Shown piece by piece: positions 22,023-35,460 of a DNA stretch of 64,000 nucleotides. The translations under genes were made by a program, and so were the position numbers. This DNA is from Somniosus microcephalus (taxonomy: Eukaryota): contig CM126220.1 in the NCBI GenBank assembly GCA_052327205.1, positions 13,206,001 to 13,270,000 on the forward strand, written 5' to 3'. Below the pieces are notes generated by a model, which did no database searches, had not been told where the DNA came from, and worked only from the letters and a program-made list of their open reading frames with translations. Every line of letters starts with the position of its first letter. Positions within the stretch are counted from its first letter, which is position 1.

Positions 22023-24050
22023 CTGAGGGGAATTAAAAATAAATACTTATTTTCAATTAGGTTTTGATGTGAAACTGAATGTTGTATACAATTCTGAAGA
22101 AAAGTTTGACGTCTGTAATTTTTTTTTGGATAAGTAAGCACCTCTCTCACGCTGCCTCTTAAATATCTTTTACTCCAAATACTAAAATGTCTTTAGTGGC
22201 ATTCGAGGGCCGCGAACTCGGGTCTAAATAAAAGTGCACATGCACCCAGAGTGATTTTGCCTTTTTAAAAAATCTGCTAGATTGAGTTCCAAATAAAAGG
22301 TAAAATCTCAGGCCAGCCTTTTAAAAACAACACTATAAATAACTGGGTACTTTACAATATTCATTTATATACCGAGACCGCACGCTTAGCCTTTGTAAAT
22401 CAGGCTGATAGATGTGAGTTTGTCACAGCTTATAAAACCTAGGTTGCTAACAATCGGTCACTTTTAATGGCCCCAATAGCCATTTTCTCCTTTGTTTAAA
22501 TGCGCAGAGGAATCACATTACAGCGGCAGATACAGTTGCCTTAAACCTCTTGCATATATAGCAAACTATTAAATACTATCGCTCTCCGGCATAGTGTTGT
22601 CGCGCACAGAAATGATCAGGCGCGAAATTTTATGTTGTTGTTAATTCATGGCTAAAATATGCCCCTGTAAATGTCCGGAATGGTTGTAAAACAAACTTTA
22701 ATCCGTTATTGACAGTTGCAGACGGAAAGGTCAACTGATGGAAACCAGGAGGCATGGCAGTCAGACTTGGGACAGCTGTTCACAGACATCAGGACCATGC
22801 CAACAGTGTTACACATCGGTATTTCATTAAAAAAACCAAACTGAAACAGATTTACAGACACAGCCAGTATTGAGAGATCTCTTCATATTCTAATTCTTTT
22901 ACAGACTAATATTTCAGGGGTTTGGCAAAAAATCATATTGCCATTGAAAGTGGCATCTAGCCCAGTTGGTGTGTGTATGTAACTGAGCCGCACCACCTTT
23001 GATTGACACTTCTTGCTGTGATACTTTCCGTGGAAATAAAAAATCGCCGGGGCCTTGAATGTACACAGATAATTGGGTCCCAGTGGGTTTCAGGAAGTTT
23101 TCTATAGTCATAATTGCAGGTCGGCAGTCCTTGGGGTTGGCTGAATGTGCAACATTATGGATTTGGAGCCTGAGCTCCCTCAGCTATCAGGTTCCGCGCA
23201 GAGGTTTGGGGAATGAGTTGAGCAGATGCACTGGGATGAGGGTACACCTCTCCCCTGATACTCTCCGAAACAGACTTCAACTCAAAAACGGCAACCGGGA
23301 GCTGCCAGTTCAAATCTGCTTCATGCTCCAAGCTCTCTCTAATCAGGGTTCATGCATGCCAAGGAGAGATGTACAACAGATGACAAGATGATTTAGCGCG
23401 AACATCCAAAGGCATGGCACTGGTGACACACATACATACTTCAATTTTATATGCACATAGCGAGACGGAGCATATGAATCCCTTTTCTTTTTGTTTTAAT
23501 GTTTTTTTTATAGCTGTTTCGACACGCCTTACGTTATTTCAATAAATGTAATTTTCCCCTCTGTGAATTTAACTCCTAAAGGGCACCACAGCAGATCTGT
23601 GCCTTTAAGTACTGCATCACAAAGCGATTACAAGTCCCTACTTCAGTCGATTCACTGCAGACGGCGCATGGCCTTTGTTTGGTTAAGATTACCGATTTAT
23701 TTACAGCTATTAAGTCAGTGCCATGCATTACAACATCGCTTATTTAAACATTTATTTACAATTGAATGACCAATATTGCATCCCCTATTGCGCCTGATTC
23801 CCAGTATTTGTAAACCGTTCCCCTTATTACAAAGGTTAATAAATGTACTCAGTTTATCAAAAAAACAACAGTAATTATGATGAAGAGACCAACCCTTTCA
23901 TCAATTTTCAAATAATTCCCCTACATTGTGCCCAAGCCTTGCCTGTAACTGCAGTAAATTAATGATAGTTTCAGGCTTAAAAAAAAATCTTTCCAGATCG
24001 CCATCGATCATTAACAACTTTGATGAATGAAGTATTGCAAATCCCCGTCA

Positions 24051-24583
<533 letters not shown>

Positions 24584-26229
24584 TCAATAAATAAATAAAC
24601 ACGGGCAATTAATTAATTGAGTGGCCAAAAAAAATGAAAGGGACGCAATGAATAAATTGAATTAATTCATAAGGTGAACCAGGTTTCAATGTGTAAGCCA
24701 GTCAGAATTGCCACTGCTCTTGGTTTTTAAAAAAAATGAAAAGCACTTGTCCTGCAAAAAGCGGATTAAAATGCAAAAAAATGAAGCGTGGCTTCATACT
24801 CTCCACTTCATGTTTATGGTGCCATTGTTGAGCACAATTAAACGGTTAAACTGGACAAATTAAGGCGGTTTGGGAAGTGGAACCAACTTATTAGAATCAG
24901 AACCGTAGAGGAGACTCCCTTGGTGCATACAAATGATTTCCTATAAAAGGCGTGCCTAATCTAAATCACTTAAATAAATAAACATCTGAAATGTTCACTG
25001 TGCAGTCTCCTTTAGGCGCGTTCTTGAAATCAATCTTAAGAAACTTCAACACAACTCGGAGGCGGAACTCCCCAACCGCCCCCCTCGCCCCAACATACCT
25101 CTGACCAGCGACTAAAAACCGACAAAAGTCTTTTAATCACCCAGCACCCTATTCTGTTTCCACTAAACAAATCTTGGGATGAAATACCCATAAACTCGCG
25201 GGTTGCCGGACAGTGTAAGAAACTTCTAACCTGTTTCTAACAGACAGAATTATTTTTATGTTGTCACCGGCCAACTTTTACAAGAAAATGTGCCGAATCA
25301 GAGTGTTCTTTGAGAAAGCCAGCCTTCATTCAAATATTTTAATGTTTAAATCGTCAATTTGTAAATCTATTGAACACCTTAGAAGATGATGTAGATTTAA
25401 TTTTTTGAGAAGCTTGTAACAGAGCCTAGGAGACTGGCACCCTCTCTTAAAAAAATGTAGCGACTTAGGAAAATAAGGGGTGCACTCAAAGCATAACTTG
25501 TAAAAATCCACAGCAACATTCCTGGTGGACACCGATGAACGGAGACTGGTATATGGAAGCTGGGGGGTGTCAGTGAAAGCGCCGTGAAAGTTAGCCTCCA
25601 ACCCGCGTGTGGCCAAAGGACACTTGCCTTCCCTTCCATTATTTTGCATCTTAAAACACGGCCACAATAAGCAGTTGTCGCAACTGATCATTGAGACTTT
25701 TCAGCAGCTTTATAGAAGGTCGGTGGTGGACATAACGGAAGCTTTATTTTAACAGCGAAGAGATGGGGAGGGTTGCTAATTATTTTTACTTTGAACCCTT
25801 TTTCAGTGCAGAACTTTACAAGGATAAAATAACAATTGCCCTTTTGCACTATACATGTTCCATGTAGCGCCTTGAACTTATCCGCTCTGATCTTCAACTT
25901 GATACCAATTCAAGCACATTTCACGCGTCTATGTTGCCTATTTTATTTCGGATGAAAACTCAGCACCTTACATACAAGCCGCAACTAAAAGGACGCCATC
26001 CACAGCACACAGTGTTTAATCCACATAAATCCTCCGCTAATGTAGATCAGAACTAATCTGTGTCAATATTTACTGCAGTAGTTCTGACTGAATAACCACT
26101 CAACATTGTAACACATGAATTCAGGTTAGTACATGATGCGCCAAGGAATGTGAGCGAGGACGCGCTGTGTGATTAGATTTAGCAACAAAAAAATAAGGAG
26201 GGCAATTAATAAAGCAAAATTCTGCGTTA

Positions 26230-26405
26230 TCCGGTCATTATCACATTGCTGTTTGTGGGAACTTGCTGCGTGAAAATTGGCTGCCGTGTTTCCTACATTA
26301 CAACAGTGACCGCACTTCAAAAAAAAAGTATTTAATTGGCTGTAAAGCACTTTGAGGCGTCCTGAAGCCATGAAAGGCGCTATATAAATGCAAGTCATTC
26401 TTTCT
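26230..26405 (+). mobile_element. Deu-type SINE 3' tail
   Basis: ggtcattatcacattgctgtttgtggga...aaaggcgctatataaatgcaagtc. Confidence 0.7.
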
Positions 26406-26984
26406 TTAAATGGTGCATTTTAATAATGACTGCGATTATTATATAACTGCAGCTCTATGCTTCGGTTTAGGAACAATCTGAGATAAATACCATAAATCGA
26501 GAAGTTCATTTGCAATTTCATGACGAGACACAGTCTCCAAAACTTAAAGCTGTCTTTTGCAATAGCCCGTTGGTCATGTCCAGGTTAATGCTGATTTAGC
26601 TTCACTTGGACTGGTTAAAACCGAGGGGACAACAATTTAATTCACCCTTTAACTGTAAACCCCGCCCCCCCCCCCAGCTACATGTACAGAGTGGGGGAGT
26701 CCTGGGGTGGGTGGGGCAGTGTGACCTTGAAGATGAAAGAGTGTTTAAATAGGGCGATTGTTTTATATATATTAATAATACAAAAGCGGCATTAAAAGCA
26801 ATTCTGGCAATGTTCTGAAGCGACGTGCATTCTGCGATGTCAGTGGGTATTTTTTTAAATCTCTCGGGTTGTTGTTGCCCTGAGGCACCGTCAGTCTAGA
26901 ACTGCTCCGCCGCCCATGCTGACTGCAGTTGGGGCTTTTGTTTCTCGCTTTAAAAAAATGTTGACAAAGTTTGATTTTACTTGC

Positions 26985-27086
26985 CGGTATCTTTTGTCGT
27001 CGACAGGTACAAAATCCATGAGCAGCATGTAGTCAGCCATGGGATCCATGCCGAAAATCTTCACTTGAAAAGTCGGGAACATTCTC
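26985..27086 (-). CDS. TBX1: TBX1 coding exon (T-box) ending in a GC donor
   Basis: ctcacag|G AGA ATG; [34 protein letters not shown]; donor CG|gcaagt; 102 nt. Confidence 0.95.
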
Positions 27087-28177
27087 CTGTGAGTGGGGGA
27101 GGAAAAAGGAGTGAGGCGATTAAACCGCGCCGTCAATAGTTGGAGAGCATCCTTTAAAGAGAGACAGCACAGGCGGGCTGGTCCCCAGCTCTCCGACATT
27201 CAGCGGGGTCACAGAGGGGAACTTCAGCCCCTTCCCTCTCTTCCTATTCCTGATATCCCTCTCTCTGTAAAGGACCTGGGCAAGTTTTGATATAAGCTAT
27301 AGTGCAAGTTGTTGTTCAAAATACTCAATTCCTACCTGGGGGAAATCCAACTACACATTTCATAAATAGCTGCTTCTATTCATTGCCTGGATTTCTGCCC
27401 CTATCCGGGCGAATCACAATCACCTTTAGAACCGTGTAAAGGGTTGTGCTTTGCTTAACCCTCGCCTCTCCCAAAATATGGGATCCAGCGGGATCGATGC
27501 AAACCCACCTATCTGGTTAGCTACCTCAGGGGCCTGCAGCCTGGCCCCTCTTCTGAAAATTAGGGCAATGCAAGGGATTGCCATAATAATCCCACTATTG
27601 TTGCTATTTTTCTCCCAAAAAAATGACGACGAAAAATTGTGGAAATCAGCTCCATTCAAATAGTCAGCAAGTTCAAATATAATTTTGCGCAGAAATGAGT
27701 TTCACTTTAGTCGGATCCCAGTGTAAAGAGTTAACCACCAAGTTTGGCTGTGGTCATCTGATAAACTATTATTTTTAAAGTGAAATCAAAGAATCATTTT
27801 GTAATAAATACAGAAGATAAGACGAGAGGCTCCATAAAAAGGATCCCAGCAGGTGAATAATTGAAATTAGGAGATTGCAAACTAGGTTACTGCAACTTAA
27901 TATTGAATGAATTATGTATGCGCCTGTCTAGATACAAGAGTTCAGGCAGCTACCTTCCCCGGCGCAAATTCAGTTAGGAATAATTTAAGGATTTTCTATT
28001 CTGGTCTGTACTTTAGATACAAAGAAAATACATCTACACAGGCTGAATGTCATAGGCTATTCTGTGGTCATGTGAGGCTATTTTACAGGAGTTTTCATAA
28101 GACGTTGCCTTGCATCTAATCCTAACCCTAAAGTAGGCCTTTGCAGAATAGAACTGCTCCGCTTAATCGGGCAGAAT

Positions 28178-28500
28178 NNNNNNNNNNNNNNNNNNNNNNN
28201 NNNNNNNNNNNNNNNNNNNNNNNNNNNNNNNNNNNNNNNNNNNNNNNNNNNNNNNNNNNNNNNNNNNNNNNNNNNNNNNNNNNNNNNNNNNNNNNNNNNN
28301 NNNNNNNNNNNNNNNNNNNNNNNNNNNNNNNNNNNNNNNNNNNNTGTGTGAATATNNNNNNNNNNNNNNNNNNNNNNNNNNNNNNNNNNNNNNNNNNNNN
28401 NNNNNNNNNNNNNNNNNNNNNNNNNNNNNNNNNNNNNNNNNNNNNNNNNNNNNNNNNNNNNNNNNNNNNNNNNNNNNNNNNNNNNNNNNNNNNNNNNNNN
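28178..28500. other. Assembly gap / N run with an 11-nt island at 28345-28355
   Basis: N bases. Confidence 1.
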
Positions 28501-28708
28501 TGTGTGTGTGTGTGAGCGTGTGAATATATGTGTGTGAGTGAATATATATGTGTGTGACAGAGTGTGTGAATACGTGTGTGTGTGAGAATAAATATGTGTG
28601 TGACAGTGTGATTGTGTGTGTGTGTGTGTGTGATTGAGTGTGTGAGTGTGTGTGTGAATACATGTGTGTGTGTGAGTGAGTGTGTGTATGTGTGAGTGTG
28701 TATGTGTG
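28501..28708. repeat. Imperfect (TG)n microsatellite
   Basis: TG/TGA/TA-rich tract next to the gap. Confidence 0.9.
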
Positions 28709-28799
28709 CAGGGGCGCAAGTGTTAATAAAGTTGTTTTCTTTCATTTCCCACACCGATTAAAAAACACGAATTTATAATAAACCAATTTTAAATCTGAC

Positions 28800-28899
28800 A
28801 ATAACAACAGAAAATGCTGGAAAAACTCAGCAGGCCAGGCAACATCCGTGGAGAGAGAAACAGAGTCAACGTTTCAGGTCAAAACCTTTTGTCAAGACT
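28800..28899 (-). mobile_element. Penelope-like terminal repeat half-copy in a TBX1 intron
   Basis: Minus strand AGTC-TTGACAA-A-AGGT-TTTG-ACCT-GAAA-CGTT-GACT plus family body. Confidence 0.65.
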
Positions 28900-29843
28900 T
28901 AAATCTGACAATGTTCATTTCCCTCATAAGAAGATATTTATCTGCTCAACAACATTTTATGAAATGAATGAAACGAGGGGCGATTTCAAACCACAGTCAG
29001 ACTCCGGAGAGTGAAATCTTGAGATAAGGGTGTGCAGATCTACAGTTTACTCTGCCGGGTTTTCGATTTCTTTTCCCAGTTAATTGAAGAAAGCGAAATG
29101 GACTTTTTGTCAAAAAGGTTAGTGTCAAAATGAAAGGGGAGGGGCAGCGCCAAGCAGAGTGGGATTAGATGAGCTGGTTGGTGTGCGCACTCCATGGCCG
29201 AATGGCCTGTTTCTTGAGGGTAACATTCTACGATTCTGAGTGGAGGAATGTTGCCCTTGGTCCTTACTTTCCGGCACAGGCTACACAGAAGGACTTGTTT
29301 CCAGGTTTCCATTCCTGTTGAAGGTTATATTCTCCTGCAGCATTCACTTGTTTCTGGAGAAGGAGCATTCTTTTGTTTTTCCTAAACATTTTTTTTGGGG
29401 GGGGGGGCACACAGGGCGTCTGAGCGGACAATAATACACCGAGTTCTCCTGAAGTTTGTAGGAGTTGAGCCGATTAAAGCCGTTCCCTGCGATCTGGTGC
29501 ATTACATTTTAATTTAATTTAGTTGTGATTTGGGCCAGCCGCATTAATTTGACTCAATTTGGAAACGACAAGACGCTCTGTCAGGGCGTTTACTGCATTC
29601 CAGGGACAAGAGTTTGATTTAACCCCAGTTTGATTTCTCCACTGGAGTTTAGAAAAACCCTGAGTTATCTACAGCCCAACACTCCGCATTAGTCTCACAC
29701 GCTGCGCAACATTTACTTCCCAGGATAAAACTCCTCGCCCCGCTTGAATATCTATTCAAAAATTTCTCTAGGACAAGATATTCCGCCGCATTCATTGCTA
29801 CAGATTTATTGAAGAACGGAATATTTTCTGTTCATCAGAAGCA

Positions 29844-30046
29844 NNNNNNNNNNNNNNNNNNNNNNNNNNNNNNNNNNNNNNNNNNNNNNNNNNNNNNNNN
29901 NNNNNNNNNNNNNNNNNNNNNNNNNNNNNNNNNNNNNNNNNNNNNNNNNNNNNNNNNNNNNNNNNNNNNNNNNNNNNNNNNNNNNNNNNNNNNNNNNNNN
30001 NNNNNNNNNNNNNNNNNNNNNNNNNNNNNNNNNNNNNNNNNNNNNN
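29844..30046. other. Assembly gap / N run
   Basis: N bases. Confidence 1.
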
Positions 30047-30564
30047 CACACGGTACACAATAGTGCATCGCCTAAGCGCCGCGTTACCTGTCCAGGTGGC
30101 AACACTACCTGAATGAGACCTATGTTGACTGAACAACCTAGAAGGACAAATGTAGTCCAACTGTCGCGGCTTTGTAAACGAGGAAAACATTCAGAGATTG
30201 GCAGGGTTCTACCTTTGCAAGCTCTAACTTTATCAGTCTGGAAAGTGGCCATTTAAAAAAAAATTAATATATAGCATTTTTTTCTTTAATAAACCTATCG
30301 GCACAGAGCGGAGCGTGGGCCAAGATTCAGTCAGATGTAGACAATACTGTTTTTTTTACAATTGGTTTCTTCATGTTTCATATTTTTCTGCAATCTGACT
30401 TGTCAAATGAAAATTGCAGTTCAGCCATTGAGTAAATGTGCTCCAAGAAAGGTGACTTGTCACCATGTAATAGTCTTCATGGACTAGCTGGAAAGCCTTA
30501 TAACTTGCAGTTCCTTTTAAATAACTTGAGCATAATTGTACTGACGTGTTTTAATATGATGTGA

Positions 30565-30690
30565 TAATATGTATGTATGTGTGTGTACATATATATATAT
30601 ATGTGTGTGTATATATATAAAAATGTGTTATATATATAGAAATAATGTATGTATACATACACATACAAAAGACAAATACATATATATTTG
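30565..30690. repeat. TA/TG microsatellite
   Basis: (TA)n and (TG)n mix. Confidence 0.8.
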
Positions 30691-33277
30691 CATAACTTTA
30701 TGTCTAATTCTATTCAATATTTATAACGACTTTGCGTAAGGCAAATGCATAACGTGTCCTAGTCACACTTACAAATTAATTTGACATTACCATCTAAACT
30801 CGCCTGAAGCAAAGAAATAAATCAGTAACACGCTATTGAGCAGGTTAGTTACCTTTACAAAATTGGGAGACTTGGCAACAAGAAAAGAAATTTCCCATTC
30901 GGTTCTGTTTTCCCAGCACTGTGCCGGCAGAAAAGGGGTTCTGTTTTTGAAGTGTGTGTGTGTGTGTGTGTCGGGAACCGCAGATACACACAGCCAGGTG
31001 GAATTTTAACAACCATTGTCAATCCCATCCGCGTCCAGTGGCCGAATCATTTCAAAACAAACCCACACTCCTCCATTTCTTCAAATGTCTTTTTTGCATT
31101 CTATTTGGGGGGGAGGGGAGAAGAAAGCCAGTCGGCAGCGCACAAAATAAAACACCCGCAATAATTACAAGATGCTGCGATTCTAGTCCAAAAAAACTAC
31201 AAGCATATTTGGCACTTGTTAAACGGATTAGATTGATTTAATGCCAGGTTATAATATAGGCGAGCCCAGGAAAAACCATCAAGGAGCCAGAATCGTTTGA
31301 GTCCGTGCCATCATACTGATTGCTGTTGTAGCAAAGAGCTCAAAGTACAATGGGAGACAAAGTAATGTAACACCCACATTTACTAAAACCTAACACGGAG
31401 TAAATTAGAGCAACTGAGAACCGACTTTTTAAAAAAATCCTAATTTAAAACTTTAGGCTGCTGTGGAGTTGAGGTAAGATAGACACGGGGCACCCATTAA
31501 TCCAATATTAATGTTGCTCGCCCCCCACCTCCCTGGAACCGCCATTTTCTGCCGCACAAGAGGAGTCCAACTATTAAACAAAAACATTGCCCACTGCAGC
31601 TGAAGGAGCCGAGAGGAAAGGTGATGTTCTCCCTGTTTCAGATCATGCCCAAGTGTGCACTTTAAAAAAAAAAAAGCTGAACATTTCTTGGTAATTAATA
31701 CGTTAGATTCACGTTTCATAAACATTCACTAGACTGGAGTTTAAAAAATCACAAGCGGTTTAAGTGAGATCTTAAACTAATTCGATTTGCTGGATTGAAA
31801 CCTACGATTAATTAGGGATTTAAAAAAAAGTAAAACTGCATTACCAGAGCAACCCACACCCCCAATGCAAACTGTAACAGCTGGAATTTAAATTACTATT
31901 TGTTAAGTCTGTCCAGAACTTCATTACGGTTTAAAAAAAAAATTAAAATGTAAATATGAAACTCTCGGTACCTCTGTCTATATGTGGCGAATATCTACAG
32001 ATCCCGAAAGAATCAACAACTCCAGGGGTAACTAACTTGCCAAGTCTTGAAGACGAGAGACCCACAGAATGTAAACAGCCATCAACCAGGTTCTAGTTTG
32101 TTAAGAATGTATAAACATTTTGCAGAACCTCAGACATATTTCACAGGTCTTTGAATGCGAATACTCGGGCAGATTGTAGCCCGTGTTCTGCTCCCTGCAC
32201 ACGCCGAGCCACTGCACACAGGACATTCTGCAGCTTTACAGCTGCCGAGGAGTGCGGGGGTGAGGTTGGAATTGGGTAAATCACGGGCCGTCTGTTTGCC
32301 CGATTTATCTGGAAATAGTGAGCAAACAGAGTCTACACAAAGCGCTCCGGCAATAGAAGCTGGGGGTCAGAGACAGAGCAGAGCTCCGTTTTCTATCTGT
32401 TTTCACCATCTCCCAGGTAGAAGTTACCGCTCATGCGACATCCTCTCTTTAAGAGAAAGAAGTGAAAGAACAAAAAAAAAACACTCCATACCTGCACATC
32501 TGATTAAATGAAAGAAGCCTGACACCTAACTAACCTCCCGGGCTCGAGTTCACCGCGGGGTAATGCGGTTTCTTAAATATCCTGACATCTACAGCTCTCC
32601 CTCTCTCAGCGACCCGGGCAGCCCCTCTCGGCACCGTCCTGATGTTTCTGCACAATATTAATATTCTGCATTATTAATAGGCTATCTGAGTTGTTGACGA
32701 TCATTGAAGAGTGCCAATCTTGTATTTTGGTTCGGTCCCGTTTAAACACACGTTCCTGTGTTCATTCACGGTTTCGGAGAGCGTAAAAAAAAAGCGGCAT
32801 TTAATTTAAAATTTCTGAAATAAATCTAACCTTGGTTTTTAGTGGGCATGCAAGCACCGTAAACCCAATAGGGAATAGCAACTGCGAGGATTATCCCTGG
32901 ATTTAAACGGTGGGAGTCCATGCAAGATTTTTTTTTAAGTTTAAAATAATGCGTTGGAGCGAGGTTAACTTTTAACTGGACTTTGGGTTTGGTATTAAAA
33001 GGTGCCCATACGAAAAGTCTGCACTTTTTTGGCATATTAATAACCCTGCAAAAACCCAGAATGACAATTGTAGACGCCTGTGTTAGCGAGCTCCAACCCA
33101 AAAAGTTTTCCCAAAGAAAAGATAGATGGTAACAAAAAGTTGGCAAAGTTAATTTATGGTTGGACAAAAAAACCCCATCCCTATTGAAAAACTGAGAACG
33201 CCACACACACACACACACACACACACACAATGTAAAATATGGCGGATCTGTATATAAAACGGTTCTGCAATCCTTAC

Positions 33278-33672
33278 CTTCCCGCTTTGGTGACTATCAT
33301 CTCGGTCCCGAGTTGGTTAAACTCGTCCCACAGCGCTTTCATCTCCAGCTGCACCGTGATGTTGGCCACTTTCGGGTTCTTCTTCACCGGCGCTTTGTTG
33401 GACGCGCTGACCGCTGCGCAGTTGGAAGGGCCGGTGTCGGCCTCCGAGCTCGGTGCCGAGCCGCTACTGCCGAAGCTGCTGTAGGTGTGCTGGGCGGCCG
33501 GGCAAGGCTCGTAGTGCGCCTCGTGGCTGTAGGGACCCGGCTCCCCGGGAGAAGGCGAGAGGTGGTAGCCGCCGGATGAGTTCAAACTACTAATGCTGCT
33601 GGCAGTGAAAGCTGCAACATCACAGAAATGAGAGAGTTGCGTTAACCAGGGGCTGGAGATCGCCGAGATCAT
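33278..33672 (-). CDS. TBX1: TBX1 coding exon (MISA start; internal acceptor at 33611 for the upstream-exon isoform)
   Basis: [26 protein letters not shown]...[36 protein letters not shown]; donor AG|gtaagg; internal acceptor gttgcag|CT. Confidence 0.96.
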
Positions 33673-34583
33673 TTCCCAATTTTATTCCTGGCTTTCTTTA
33701 AAAAAAAATTAAATCTTTTTTTTCCCCCCGTTGCTATTTCTTGCTCTCTCTCTCCCTCCCTCGTCCTTCCTTTCTTTCTGTGTCCTTCTGTGCCTCTCCT
33801 CGGCTCTTCAGTGCGAGAGACGAACCCAATGTCACCGTACTCTGCGCCGCGCTACTGCACTCTGGCAACACTCTTCTTGAGAGTTCTTATCTTTCGCGGA
33901 GGGCCTCCCCTCTCCATGAAACCGGTTCCTTTTTTTTCTCTCTATTTAGATAAGGACCTACAGGTAATGTGGATTTCGTCGCATTGGGACGAAGTCCTGA
34001 TGGTCTGATTGACAGAGCAGTGCGCCGGTTTTTTTTTAATGGTCTTTCTGACACCCATTACTTAAAGTGGGGGCTGGGAGAGAGAGAGGGGAGGGGGAGG
34101 TCGCTTACACACACAAAAAAAACCATTTAAACAATGGCGATCCACGTTTACATTGGAAGCCCATTCAGACACTAACAAACACGGATCCAGCATCAATAAA
34201 TAAATGACATCAGGCTGATTTATCAGATGAAACCCCAAACTCCACACATTTAAAACCAGCCGCGGGTTTGGGGGCGCATTTATCATTTTTTTGGTGGGGA
34301 AGGGGCGGGGGGGGGGGGGGACGTTTCCGATACATTTCCCACTGAACATTAAAACAAAAATGACACACACCAGATCCTACTTTCATATATCGCCTAATCG
34401 GTGAATCGATAGCGATTCGCAGCGCTGAGGTTTGGAGCCCCTAGTGTACGCGGCGAACACGTATTTAAATTGCCTGACCTGTGTGTGAGTGGGATTCATC
34501 CTTAATCTACCTATCTGCATTTATATAGCTTGGAAAAAGAAAAAGAAAAAGAAAAAGAAAAAAGCACTTCGGCCGCCACCTAC

Positions 34584-34764
34584 CTTCCATGTCTCTTGTC
34601 ACGGTGCTAAAATGCATCCTACTGCAGGTTAGACTGGGATCGAAGTGCTTGCCGAGGGCAGGACTCTGCAGAATCGCTTCGTTTCCTGGTTGCGGGCCCG
34701 CTGAAATCAGAGAGGCAATACTGAAAGCATTCGCCTTGCGAGAGAGAGCACTGCTTTCGTCCAT
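34584..34764 (-). CDS. TBX1: TBX1 alternative upstream coding exon (MDESS...FSIASLIS...MHFSTVTRDME)
   Basis: Contains MHFSTVTRDME (ATG 34617), the classic human TBX1 N-terminus; phase-1 donor G|gtaggt joins 33611 to give ...DMEAFTASS; in-frame upstream ATG at 34764. Confidence 0.85.
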
Positions 34765-35089
34765 AGGAGAGGAATCTAAAAGCGCTCGAATTTCCCCCTT
34801 CCTTCCTTCTTTCCTCCCCTTACAACACTGCAACCAAACAGAAGAGATCCGAGTTTAACTTTGTGTTTAAGCCACGGATCTCTCAGATTTAAAAAAAAAG
34901 TTACATGGAATGGGGCCTCCGGGTGTTCAATGTCCTACTGTTTTTTTTCATTTTCCCAGGCGAGTTTTTTTTTGGGTGCAAATAGGCGCCGTTATTACCT
35001 CGAGTATGTTGGTCGATTCATTCATTTAAAAGCTGTGTTCATTTTTTTTGCGGGGGTGGGAAAAAAAGTGTGTGTTTGAGTAGCTCCAT

Positions 35090-35460
35090 TCCGCATGTTT
35101 CTCCGCCCGAAGACGCCGCTAAGAGTTGCCGAGCTCCCCCATTCACAGCAGCTTGGGTGATGTCACTCGAAACTTGCAAACCTACCTAAATAAAGCAGCT
35201 ACTGCAAGGAAAATGTCAAAACTGACGGCTCCCTCCCCGCCCTCTCCTCTCCTCTCCCCCCCCAACCCCTCCACCCACTGCTAGAAATGTGCTTTCCATC
35301 TGATGTTTTATTTGAGCAGGTTCCTGTCAATCATAGGGCAAAAAAATTTGAATCGAGCCAGAAGACAGAGAGAGAGAGAGAGCGAGAGAGCAAAAAGAAT
35401 ATACGTCATTGCGGATGTCCGGCTAGCTCCAGTCTGCCGATGCGCACACTAAACTTGAAC
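35090..35460 (-). promoter_or_regulatory. Candidate TBX1 upstream promoter
   Basis: GC boxes (ccgccc near 35103 and 35237), C-rich tract, GA repeat 35365-35390 and CRE-like TACGTCAT at 35402-35409, all just upstream of the first coding exon. Confidence 0.4.

Noticed and set aside
28078-30252. ORFs spanning N runs
   Set aside because: Artefacts of unknown bases and CA/TG repeats.
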